Shown here piece by piece: positions 12,501 through 23,619 of a stretch of 64,000 nt of DNA (within the stretch, counting starts at the first letter, position 1; each line of letters opens with the position of its first letter). A program made the position numbers and the translations under genes. Origin of the DNA: Tubiluchus corallicola (lineage: Eukaryota > Animalia > Priapulida); contig JAQGDQ010000010.1 in NCBI GenBank assembly GCA_030141605.1, positions 1,302,001 to 1,366,000 of the forward strand. The letters are read 5' to 3'. The notes below the pieces were generated by a model. That model worked only from the letters and a program-made list of their open reading frames with translations. It searched no databases and had not been told where the DNA came from.

Positions 12501-13165
12501 ACAAAAAAAATTAATATTTTTTGTTCAGCACTAAAGGTGACATTTTCAAACAAAGCATTGTATTTATCAAAATACGTGATATTTTTTAACTTGTAGTTGA
12601 CATAATCAATACAGGTAATTGATTTACATCCACCATTAAGGAAAGTTGACTGCGCTGCATTAAATTTGAACTTCACTTTTATTTTGAAAGTCCGAGGAGT
12701 CTTTCATCATGATTTTGTTTATGTTTATTGAGTTTGAATACTTTCAAGCTTGCTTAGAAGACTATATATATTTTTTCTAAGTGTTTTTTTGCATTGTTTT
12801 GATGTGAAATGCATTCAAATGCATAATGATGCACTGTGGATTTCACGTGTAATTTTGTGCACTTTTGTTTCAGGGTGAATCTGATGACTGTATAAATCGG
12901 TTAGCAAAGAAAGATAACATTATTCCAAAGTAAGTAAACTTTTTTCTGCTCAAAACATAAAACAGAGTTCAAGTGACTAGTAGTGTGTAAAGTAGCCAGA
13001 TTAAGATTTTTGCTTGTTTATACTTGTAGCAGTCATTGAATCAGACACTTATCATATTTTCTCTTGAGATCTGTCTGAAATCAAACTACTAAGAAATTTC
13101 TATGGCTGTCTATTTTTTAACCTTTTCACAATGCAAATGCTTTCATTTTTTGCAGGAATTTTTGA
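9518..13165 (+). CDS. RPS21: 40S ribosomal protein S21 (eS21), 83 aa. Exons 9518-9567, 10840-10903, 11596-11667, 12874-12929, 13156-13165
   Basis: Spliced product [83 protein letters not shown]. All introns are GT-AG with consistent phase. An acceptor at 9497-9498 implies an upstream non-coding exon. Absent from the ORF track because the exons are short. Confidence 0.97.
9768..10289. mobile_element. hAT (Ac-like TIR) MITE in an RPS21 intron
   Basis: Perfect 13-bp TIR cagggatgagaat / attctcatccctg; tgtgtt flanks both ends. Confidence 0.75.
11052..11367. mobile_element. hAT-type MITE in an RPS21 intron
   Basis: TIR cagggctggattat / ataatccagctctg; degenerate 8-bp TSD cttgtact / cctatact. Confidence 0.7.
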
Positions 13166-15840
13166 TACCAGTAACCTGAAGTTGCTGCAGTGAGCTGAGG
13201 AAAGCTTTAGAAAGATGTTTACTTTTTCTGTATGGTATTTCATAATTATAACAAAATGTATCTGATTTGACAGAATTTTATGTTGTTGTTTGTCTTTTAG
13301 TGTTGCAGCGGAATGGCTTTAGTGCCGCTTTACTTGTAAAGTGAATTGTTATCGAAAACTTGTACGTCATCATTAAAGGAAAAGCCATTGATCAAACAAC
13401 CTGTTCCAAAGTCAGCGATGAAGCACATACAGAAATTGATGCTTGAAAATACCAAAAAAATATATTTTACTTCCAACCAAATGAGTCTGGTTGCACACAC
13501 GTTTGAATCTTGTGTTGTAAGCTAAGTAAAATGAACAGCTTGTATTGCTCAGAGTAACACAGACTTCTGCGGACAGCTTCTAATGTTCATTCAGAAATAT
13601 TACTTCTAGCTATCAAATTTTTTTGTAAGGATTTTACCAAAATAATTACGCCATATCAGAACAGTTTTGATAGTGTGCATCTCCTGTTAACCATTACTCG
13701 TTTCCATTAACTTGCTTGGTCTGCACTTATTTTTGTTGATCTTAAATGGGAGGAATATCCTTAAGAAATGCATTTTATACTGAATACCATTCTGAATAAA
13801 ATGGGATGCCAGTTTCGTATGTGCTTTGAATTATCCAGCTCCCAAAGCAGTACTCTGTCATTATAAATCAGCTATTTGAGCTTACTTGGCATTATATGCA
13901 TCATCTTATTGCCAGTTCTTGCTCACTGGAGACCACTTGCTGCCCACACTAGGCATTTTTTAATGCTTGTTCTATGGAAGATGCTCACTTTGCTCATAGT
14001 ACTCATTTTTCTGTTTATTCTTATCTTTTCACCTTGAATGTCCTACGTTGAAGAATGCCTGCTTTTAAATCAAGCTATTTCAATGGAACGAGTACGAGTG
14101 ACTTGCGTTTGTTTGTAATCAGTCAGTCATTATGATTTTATTTTAAAGAAACACAAAACATCAAAAGTGTTATAATAATTGAAAGCAAATCACATACTAC
14201 AGTTGAAGTATAAAAGACTGTATTATACTGTGATAAGAATCACAACACTGAAGCATACAGGTCAAAGCCATTAGCTAAAATTATGAAGATGAGCAATGAT
14301 AAGCTTTATAATTCTAGAAATAATGCACTACCACAGTATCTTCGATACATAATTATAAATAATAGTGTATAGTAACTCTAGTTCTGTTTAAAAGTGAGAC
14401 TGAGAGTGCTGGCCTGTGAGACGAAAGTGGTCAGCAGTCCTATCGTGAATATCAAAAGACTTTGATTAAAGCTGTGTGCTGGAAGCTTCAGATCTCTCAC
14501 TCTGATAAGTGGAATAGTAAATGATTCCTTCTGATATCAATGAGTATGATTTGATTTTGTGCCTCAAAATGATAATGATGATAGGAACTGTTAAAACTAT
14601 TCCACCTGGGATGCTGCTAATTTAATGGTAACAGAGTACACTTAAGTGACCACAGTTAGGCAATGCTGTCTAGTCAGTAACTGGTTGGGTGAACTGTTTT
14701 TTGATGGCTTCACTAGCGATCGGGTATTCACTTTAAAACGATGTATAAGCATCTGAATGTTGGTAAGTCATTTGCCAGTTCAATAGCTGATCTTGGAGGG
14801 TTACCCTTTATAACAGGGTAGGGAAGAGGATCTCATCATCATAATCTTCTACATTAAGTAAGCCTCCATGTTTTACATGTCAATAATGTCGTACTATAGT
14901 AATAATATAAGAAGCTTTTCAGTTCAATAAATATTTGTACAATGACATATAGATCAATAATTTTCTTATTACACATTTCAAATGAGAAAAACAACGCACA
15001 CTATTACATTGCATCATGAAATTATTATAATAAGCATGTGTTAATTACAGTATAAATTATATTAATTACAGTCAATAAATTTTATACTACAATTAATACT
15101 GTCATTTCGTAATAATGCAATCATTAATACATACAGTAATAATGTGCGCTGGTTTATTGTGAACTTGCAAGTTGTTTAAAAAATAAATACAGCACTTAGA
15201 AAGATGATAAACTAATAACTATTAATAATTACAAAATCTTTCAATCTGATCTTCCAAGCGAGCCTGATAACGTGTACGGCGTAACAAACTCACTTGAAAT
15301 GACCTTTTTCTTACTGACAGATGGTGCCATCTGGCATCTGTTATTCTGTATTCATATTTTCTTCAGTAATGTAAACAAGGCGAAGAAATTGTTTGTTTTG
15401 TGTTCGTATTTTAATTCCATGACAGTAATGCGTTTTAATTAAGCATCGTGTTTAGAAAAGGCTGCTGTTCTAACTTAATGACCAAGTAATTTTTTCAGTG
15501 TATTACTATGGCTGCCCGATTAATAAGTGTAATACACACTTATGTAATTAGAAATTTATTATGTGCTCGTATTGTGAAACTGTAACGAATTACAGTTTCA
15601 AAAACATGTCGAAAGAGGTGCACTGCACTCAAGGTTGTAAAGTTATTGGGAGCAAGCACATAAAAAAGCGCCGTGACACATGAAGCAATTTTATGTTTGT
15701 CTTGTGGCACAACAGGCAGGAACAGCGTGTGACAAGAATATATTATAATATTAGTAATTAGATTTGGGGCAATTTGATCCTTAGTTCAATCAGTCACAAT
15801 CAATCAACCTTGACAAATGAGTTGTGTAAATGCACACTCA

Positions 15841-17545
15841 TTTCAATTCAATTCAATTATTTATTATCTCCGTTAGAACGATAAAAATACAGTATAAGGA
15901 ATACATGGAATATTTTGAAGCAAAGGAGAAGGGCAGCGAAGAACCCGTAGGTTATCAAGTCAGCCACCCTTAAATAGTTATGATTAAATAAACTTAATTA
16001 TGGCGTCGTTATCAATTTAAATTTGTATTCAGTTGATGTGTGTTAATTTGGCAATTGAATGATAGGTATCGTAATACTGTAGAACATATAGTTTAAATAA
16101 CGAAAGATTTACAATTCTAAAATACTATGAATCATGCGAAGCAAACACAATAAAAATAACTTGAGATTTTTAAGATAACAGAATATGCATAATTTGAGCA
16201 TTAACTAAAAAATCCGGCAAAAACAAAAAACAGTAAAATGATCAACCAAAGCTGTCGAGAAAAAATATAATAGATTAAACCAAGGAAAGATAAGGCAAAT
16301 ATAAATCATACAAAACAAAACAAGAAACAGAAGCAAATAAGAAAAACAAAACTGAAATGTTGTAATAATAACATCAATGACTGAATTTGTTGAGAAAGAA
16401 AATATAATAAATTAAACCATCGAAAAACTACTTCAACTGTAAATCAGACAAAATGAAATCAAAATATAACAAAAACTTAAACAAAATCTTTAAGTGTCGT
16501 AGCAATGAAAAAAATATGTATAGTATTACAAGTATATAAGCAAAATGTCTCATTTATTTGTATCCTGCAATAAGTTGTTTTTTATAGTTTAAAATTAACT
16601 TTTTGTAGTTACTGGACTTTAACTGGTCTGGTAATGAATTCCACAGCAAAGATCCTTGGTGTTTTAAAGAATTCTGGCCTTTAGATGTGTTGAATCTTTC
16701 AATAAAATAAGATTGGGTTGTAGCAAACCTAGTAGAGTGGTGATGCATGTGACATGCTAAAGTATAATAATTGCTGAAGAGATCTGGAAGTGAATTATTT
16801 TTGAATTTATGTACAAACTTGAGCAATTCTAATTTATACAGATCATGAACTTTTAGTAGATTTAGTTGCAAATACAAAGGTGTTACATGTTCCCTTTTGC
16901 TAGTAAATGTTATAAGTTTGATAATCTTGTTTTGTTTAGAAACCAATGATTTTAAGACCGATGCTGAAGCACTACCCCAGGCGAGAATGCCATAACTCAG
17001 ATATGGCATGACAAGAGAAGAATATAAGAGCCGTAGTGCATCTACATTTATGTAGTGTCGTATTCTAGCTAATACTCCACTTAATTTGCTAATTTTGTTG
17101 TCTATATGCTGAACATGTGTTTTCCAAGTAATTCTACTATCTATAAATATACCAAGATATTTGATTTCTTGTGTAGATTGAATAGTACAACCTCCCATAT
17201 TTATGTTTAAACTATTGTTATGTTGCTTGTTTCCAATTAACATATATTTTGTTTTTTTATAATTTATCGATAGCTTATTTGCTTGCATCCATTTATTAAT
17301 ATTGTCCAGTTCCACATTTACTGAATGTTCTAATGTTTTGATATTTTGGTGTGATAAAAATAAGTTTGTATCGTCTGCAAACAATCTGGTGTTAAATTGC
17401 GAACAAGATGGCAGATCGTTAATATATAAAAGAAATAACAATGGACCCAATGTAGAACCCTGTGGGACACCACAGGTTATATCAGCAAGTTTAGATTCCG
17501 ATGAGTCAATAGACGCAAACTGTTTCCTATTAGTAAGGTAAGACT
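15841..17545 (-). mobile_element. 5'-truncated CR1/L2-group LINE: open RT C-terminal ORF (16554 to ~17540), ~700-nt 3' UTR, (TTGAA)n tail
   Basis: GVPQGSTLGPLLFLLYINDL...LFADDT RT motifs, KYLGIFID and LYSSLVMPYLSYGILAWG. The minus-strand 3' end reads aataaataattgaattgaattgaa at ~15842-15865. Confidence 0.92.
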
Positions 17546-18888
17546 TTAGTTTCAGAAACATGGAAGACAGGTTGGTGAAATAAAGTAATGACTCCAGAAA
17601 ATTCTTCAAAACCGTGTGTTAAAAAATAGCAAAAGTGTCAACTTTTATTGTGCAAGTGAGCTAAAGAGTTGAAAAAATTGTTGAAAAGGTGCTAATTTTG
17701 AAAAATGTGCTTAGGGGTGCCGTTGCTCCCATTACTCCCTTATTAGCTACGTCAATGACTGCTGTACTTCAGGTTAAAGTGTTATGACAATTACTTTTTC
17801 TTTCTAGCATGTATCCAGAAAAACTCACTTCTAAGCATTTGTAAACAGTGTATGGTATATTTTGGGAAATGTAGGCGTTGGTGCATTTTCCAGTTTGTGT
17901 AGCAAGTAGCAACCTGTTCAGTGCACTGTTATCGTGTTATTACCTCATCTGTATTTTAGCTGCTGTGATTGAAACTGTATATGTATTTGCAAGTATTTGC
18001 GCTATTTAATTTTTTAGCTTCTTTCTTGCAGATAAAACATTTTCCATTCTATCTTTTTCCACATGCACTCATAAATTTCCATACCTTACAAAATTTGTAA
18101 CTCCTATCCAAGTGCAATCGTGATCCAAACTTACAGTTACATTGTTACATTAATAAAGATTTCTACTAAGAATATTCTACTACTACCCACTTTTGTGTGT
18201 AGAAACTAGTAATGCAATTCTAAAAAAATTCATATTTTCAAACACTGATTATAGCTCGTGAAAGCTTAGGGCTTTTTCTGTTGCCAAGCCCAGATCTTCA
18301 TCAGTAAGGGCCAGCTACTGGATTTAAACATAACTTCATTGTGTTCTTACAAAGTCCGTAGCAACCAACATTTGTGCAACAAAAACGGCTAAAATTAACA
18401 AAGATTTTCTCTAGATTATGTTTTTCAGCACATAGCATGCCCTCAACTTCAATGTGGATTATCTCAGCTTAGAAATAACAGCTCAGAAATGGAGCAATGA
18501 GCTTGGTATCAAAATGATCCTCATGCTATGGTGATTCCAGATATGCGAGTAACTAAAAAACTTAACTGCCAACTTATGGATGGTTTTGCCATACAAGCAC
18601 ACAACTAGTTTTTGCATGAATTTCATCAAGTCAAATGATTCGATAACCTTTATCCAACAGTTTAATTAAAAATGAGTCAAACGTAGTCGCCAGGTCATCC
18701 AGACTCTTAAGTTCTTGAGCCTGTTGTGAGCGATAATTTAAAATTAGGCAGTTTCTTTATCATTAATTTAGTTTACTTTATTTATTTTAGTGTAATACAT
18801 ATGGAATGCTATATAACAATAAAAGGGTAAATTAAAAACAAATTAGAAAACACTGTAACACTACATCATTTTTTGTGTTCTTTACAGA

Positions 18889-21800
18889 ATGTTTGCAAGC
18901 AAAGCAGATCCGAAAAAATCAGAATTTTTGGAGAATGCAAAGCAAGCTCGACTTGAGCGTTTGCAAGGAAAACGCCGAGAAGCTGCTGTCATACTTATCC
19001 AGGCAGTGGTGCGGGGTTATTTGGAAAGATGTCGCTTACAGCGGAAGACACGGGAGGAGCTGGATGATTTGCTTTCTACCTCCAATGGAGCTGAAAACAT
19101 TCCTAAATTGAGAGCCGCTATCGAAGTGCATGGCCTTATTAAACAATTTTTGTTTGTATATCACGAAAAGGTCGATCGTTGGCGATTCGAGCTGTTGTGT
19201 AAGTATTTAGTCAGTAGTATGGATACAGAAAATGTGAAAAATTGCTACGTGTCGGTTGCTTTGAACAAAGATGAAACCGTGGCGTGGATTAGACAAATTA
19301 AAGAAGTGCTGTGGTTGTGTTGTATGCAACTCAAAAATTTAAAACCAGATAACCCAAATGACATTAAGTCTATCAACCTGCACTTACACATGTTAATAAC
19401 ATTTACTAGCACGTCTACATGGAAAATACTCAAACTTAAATCCATGGAACAACTCAGACCAAGCATGAATCTACTCACTAACAATATCATGGGAGATTTG
19501 CAGGTTCGTGGCATGTACAGCATCTTACAAGAACTGCTAAGTAAGGGGCTAGCTCGCTCTAAGCCTTGTTTGAAGCATGCTACGCTATCAGCAGCAATAA
19601 CACTGTCCTTGCGTCCTCTTGTTGCAGCAAATTTTTCGGAGAAACTGGTGAGTCTCTTTGTGCTCCACATTCTTTCTGTACCTTCTTTAATATGCCACCT
19701 CGTGTCAACAGCTCCCGAGTGTCTAGCAGTTTTCATGAGTAACGAACTTTTCAAGAAATGCTTGGAATTGCTTATTTCTGAACAGAGCACTAGAATTGTA
19801 TTTAATAGCTTGGAAGGCAACTATGCTTTGTGCCTTTTGGCAAATTTAATTCATCTGGCCGACATGGAACGGGATCAGATATCAACACAGCTAGTCGAAT
19901 TCACTGTCGTAGTCAGTAGATTGTTGGAGCGGTGCCAGAAGTATGTGGTCAACAAGAAATCAAACTTGACTCATTGGCATCCAGTTCTTGGCTGGTTTTC
20001 GCAAAAGACAGACATACGTTTACATGAAGCCATGCCTGAAGTTGTAAAACAATTGAACATGTTGTGGAGTGCTAATATGATAAAAATTCTTTTTGCTGAG
20101 CTTTTGACTACAGAAACACCACCTGAATCACCCTCGCTAACAGGCCCATCACAACAAAAATCAAAAAACATCCTCAAAAAGGCATTTAGCAATAAAAACA
20201 CTGGGCAGAGGAGCAAGTCTAAGCAACAAGAACAAAAAGAGTCTGTGATTGTCACTCTAGTGTGCACTCTTTACCAGACTGCACTCAGCACTCTGACCCA
20301 GTTACGAATGAACATACTGACTGGTCTTAGTCATCACGAGACCCTCCTTGTCAAACTTTGGCTGTACATTGTGAGTCACATTAAGCCAAGGAGTTTTCTT
20401 GAGCAGCTTGCAGAGAACTCCAGCTCATCTCTTCCTGATTGCCAAGTTATGATTTTGTACTGTGACTGCGCTAGCCACCTGATTACAATTCTTGATGACA
20501 GTGAAATGTACGAACAGGAAAAGCCTTTTAATTTGCAGCAACTATGTGAAATGGGTTCATATTTTAATCAAATCATATTTCGTATAATCTGGAACAACAT
20601 TATAGACATTAAAGTAGTGTCCGGTCACACACTCTTTATGGCAGCACACACTCTTTTAATGTTGCTGTATGAGCGTGATTGTCGCCGAAAGTACACGACG
20701 AAAAACCATTGGCTGATTCGTGATTTAAGGCCCAGTGCCTTTCTTACGGAGCTTGAAAAGGGAAAAAAGTCAGCAAGTACTTTGCTGCAAAAGACACCCT
20801 TCATCATTCCTCATAAGGAAAGAGTATTGCTATTTAGGAAAGCTGTCACTGCTGAGAAGGCAGCTCTTGGTTTAACAGAGTCAGCATACGTAACACCTTC
20901 CTCTACACTGATTACGATTCATCGGTCTCGAATGATTGAAGATGGGTATCGACAACTTGCTGCTCTCCCTGCACAGGCACTTAAGGGTATAATACGTGTT
21001 AAGTTTGTAAATGAGCAAGGACTAGATGAAGCAGGTATCGATCAGGATGGTGTATTTAAAGAGTTTTTGGAAGAAACAGTCAAGTGCGTTTTTGATCCTT
21101 CATTAAATTTGTTTAGAGCAACAAGTGAAATGAGACTTTATCCATCACCAACATCATACATTCAGGAAAACCATCTACAATTGTTTGAGTTTGTTGGCAG
21201 AATTTTGGGAAAAGCTGTATATGAAGGCATAGTTGTTGAGGTGCCTTTTGCCGGATTTTTCCTCAGTCACGTGTTGGGCCATCATCACAGTGCTCTTTAC
21301 AGTTCAATTGATGAACTACCATCATTAGATCCAGAATTATACAAAAGTCTGACATATATTAAACACTATGAAGGAGATGTGTCGGAACTGGAATTGAATT
21401 TTTCATATGACGAAGACGTCATGGGAAAACTTGTCAGCCATGAACTAGTACCTGGGGGCAAAGCCATTACAGTAACGAATGAAAATAAGATTTCGTATGT
21501 ACACATGATGGCACACTTCCGCATGTACACACAAATACGAGAACAAACCAGTGCTTTTATTCGTGGATTTAGATCTCTTGTCAATCCCGATTGGCTCTTG
21601 CTGTTCTCCAGTCCTGAGTTGCAGTGCTTGATATCCGGTGACACAATTGCCATAGACCTTGGTGATCTCAGAGCTCACACACAGTATTACGGTGGCTTTC
21701 ACAACAACCACAAGGTCATCACATGGCTGTGGGATGTTCTGGCCAATGACTTCACAGAGCAGGAGAGAGGGCAGTTTCTCAGGTTTGTAACAAGCTGCTC

Positions 21801-22068
21801 TAAGCCGCCTCTGTTGGGGTTCGCAAATTTGGAACCCAAGTTTTCAATTCGTTGTGTCGAAGTAGCCGACGATCAAGACACTGGAGACACTGTTGGCTCT
21901 GTGCTTAGGGGATTTTTGACAATTCACAAAAAAGATCCTGTGAATCGGTTGCCAACATCGTCAACATGTTTCAATTTACTCAAGCTACCAAACTATCAGA
22001 AAAAGAGCACACTGAAAGAAAAATTGCGGTATGCTATTACTAGCAACACCGGTTTTGAACTTTCCTAG
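18889..22068 (+). CDS. UBE3B: Ubiquitin-protein ligase E3B (IQ motif plus HECT domain), 1059 aa, single coding exon
   Basis: N-terminal FLENAKQARLER...AAVILIQAVVRGYLER (IQ motif); KKSNLTHWHPVLGWFSQ; HECT EAGIDQDGVFKEF...RLPTSSTCFNLLKLPNYQKKSTLKEKLRYAITSNTGFELS. A splice acceptor ttctttacag lies 1 nt before the ATG. Confidence 0.96.
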   Translation: MFASKADPKKSEFLENAKQARLERLQGKRREAAVILIQAVVRGYLERCRLQRKTREELDDLLSTSNGAENIPKLRAAIEVHGLIKQFLFVYHEKVDRWRFELLCKYLVSSMDTENVKNCYVSVALNKDETVAWIRQIKEVLWLCCMQLKNLKPDNPNDIKSINLHLHMLITFTSTSTWKILKLKSMEQLRPSMNLLTNNIMGDLQVRGMYSILQELLSKGLARSKPCLKHATLSAAITLSLRPLVAANFSEKLVSLFVLHILSVPSLICHLVSTAPECLAVFMSNELFKKCLELLISEQSTRIVFNSLEGNYALCLLANLIHLADMERDQISTQLVEFTVVVSRLLERCQKYVVNKKSNLTHWHPVLGWFSQKTDIRLHEAMPEVVKQLNMLWSANMIKILFAELLTTETPPESPSLTGPSQQKSKNILKKAFSNKNTGQRSKSKQQEQKESVIVTLVCTLYQTALSTLTQLRMNILTGLSHHETLLVKLWLYIVSHIKPRSFLEQLAENSSSSLPDCQVMILYCDCASHLITILDDSEMYEQEKPFNLQQLCEMGSYFNQIIFRIIWNNIIDIKVVSGHTLFMAAHTLLMLLYERDCRRKYTTKNHWLIRDLRPSAFLTELEKGKKSASTLLQKTPFIIPHKERVLLFRKAVTAEKAALGLTESAYVTPSSTLITIHRSRMIEDGYRQLAALPAQALKGIIRVKFVNEQGLDEAGIDQDGVFKEFLEETVKCVFDPSLNLFRATSEMRLYPSPTSYIQENHLQLFEFVGRILGKAVYEGIVVEVPFAGFFLSHVLGHHHSALYSSIDELPSLDPELYKSLTYIKHYEGDVSELELNFSYDEDVMGKLVSHELVPGGKAITVTNENKISYVHMMAHFRMYTQIREQTSAFIRGFRSLVNPDWLLLFSSPELQCLISGDTIAIDLGDLRAHTQYYGGFHNNHKVITWLWDVLANDFTEQERGQFLRFVTSCSKPPLLGFANLEPKFSIRCVEVADDQDTGDTVGSVLRGFLTIHKKDPVNRLPTSSTCFNLLKLPNYQKKSTLKEKLRYAITSNTGFELS

Positions 22069-22780
22069 TCATACGGTTTCTAATAATGACTACACTGGTA
22101 AATCATTTTGGTACTAAACATTTTTTTAGAATTTTTCATTGTAATTATCCACATTGTTGCTTGCTTGCATTGATTGACTTGCAGTGGTGATTAACATATT
22201 TCAAATTTTCAGATGATTATTGTGTTATCATGGTATTATATATTATAATGAAATTTTATTGTTATTGCTTGTAAATTTAACTCACGACTAGTTATAGAAT
22301 TTCAAATATTTGTGCAAGTAATACATGTTGTGAGGTAAAATGTACTTTAAGAAAAAACATTTTCAACAATAATTATTTGTTTTGTTTTTAAGTCATTTGC
22401 TAGGTGTAATGCTTTGCATTTCATTTGCTCGTCAAATACATGTGCATGCCCATTTTTAACAAAGCATTATATGGTATGTATTGTTAGTCCAGAAGTGAAG
22501 CCAGTTACACTGATTCATATTCAACTAAACAGTCCCATAAACCTCTGCATAGCATTGTTTTGGCTTCCCCTTCCTTGAACTTAGCATAGCTTCGGCTCAC
22601 TTTTCATGCCTTAAGGGTAGTACCATACCACATTACCATCCCTCGAGGAGATAGTTGTATAGCAATGTTTGTTCAATCACCGTCTTAGCCAAAACTGGCT
22701 GCCCTGAGAGTTCAATGGTGCACGGTGACTGACTAAAATGTCTTTTCTTCCATTTGCGTCTCCACATCAGTTTTTTGTTA

Positions 22781-23107
22781 TATGTGAGCATTTTCTACTA
22801 GAATTCGAATTGAATTTATGACTGGAATTCGAATCGAACCGAATTTCAGTATTTTGAATTCGAATTGAGTTTGAAAAGATTTTCAAACAAGTTTTCGAAT
22901 CAATAGTAAAAAGTGGTTTACAAAAACATACTTGATTTTGTTCTGCAGTAAAACCTCTATTAATTTATTAAAAATTTTGCACAAACTGTAGTGAAACAGC
23001 AATTTGCATGCTGTTTCAAACATTTTATGATAAAGAACGTGGCTGAAGTGCTGAATTATTCGAACCTATGTTTTAGGTTCGAATCAAACGTTCAATGCTT
23101 ACCCATA
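22781..23107 (-). mobile_element. Degenerate third copy of the TTCGAA-rich hAT MITE, inverted
   Basis: Reverse-complement similarity to 6640-7049 (gtgagcattttctactagaattcgaatt...gattttgttctgcagtaaaac...gtgctgaattattcgaacctat...atgcttaccc). Confidence 0.75.
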
Positions 23108-23619
23108 ATGTGACGTAATTGCTACAAAATTTAACTTTAACAGTTGCATAAAAATTACACACATGATGCAAAGGTGCTATAGAACCTGAACTTCAAACAT
23201 TAGCTAAATAACGAAAAGGAATCAAATAATAATAAGAAAACTTATTGATGTGTGGTCTTTTAAGCATAATGTTCTCGTTAGAAATTTTCTATAATAATAA
23301 CAACTACGTAGTAACATATTGGATTTGCACTGTACACATTAGGTAACAAGTAACTAGCCTGCGCATTATAAAAATATTTTTTAATAATTGATCTCGATAG
23401 AAAATTATTTTCTTTATCGTCATTTATTATTCGATTCACTGCGTTTAGGCAGTTTGTTGTAGTGTTTGATACACCTGTCAACTACAGTCACTGAAAAGTT
23501 TGAAGTGGAAATTCAAAACTGCACCAAGTTAGTGCACGTGTAGAGTTACTCAAAATTCAATAATAAAGTTGTGCGTTACTGGTGCCACACTCCAGCGATT
23601 CCACTGATCACAGTCTAAA

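Noticed and set aside
19245-21711. Antisense ORFs overlapping UBE3B (and likewise those opposite the GPCR, CYP and LINEs)
   Set aside because: Shadow ORFs of real coding sequence with no independent motifs.
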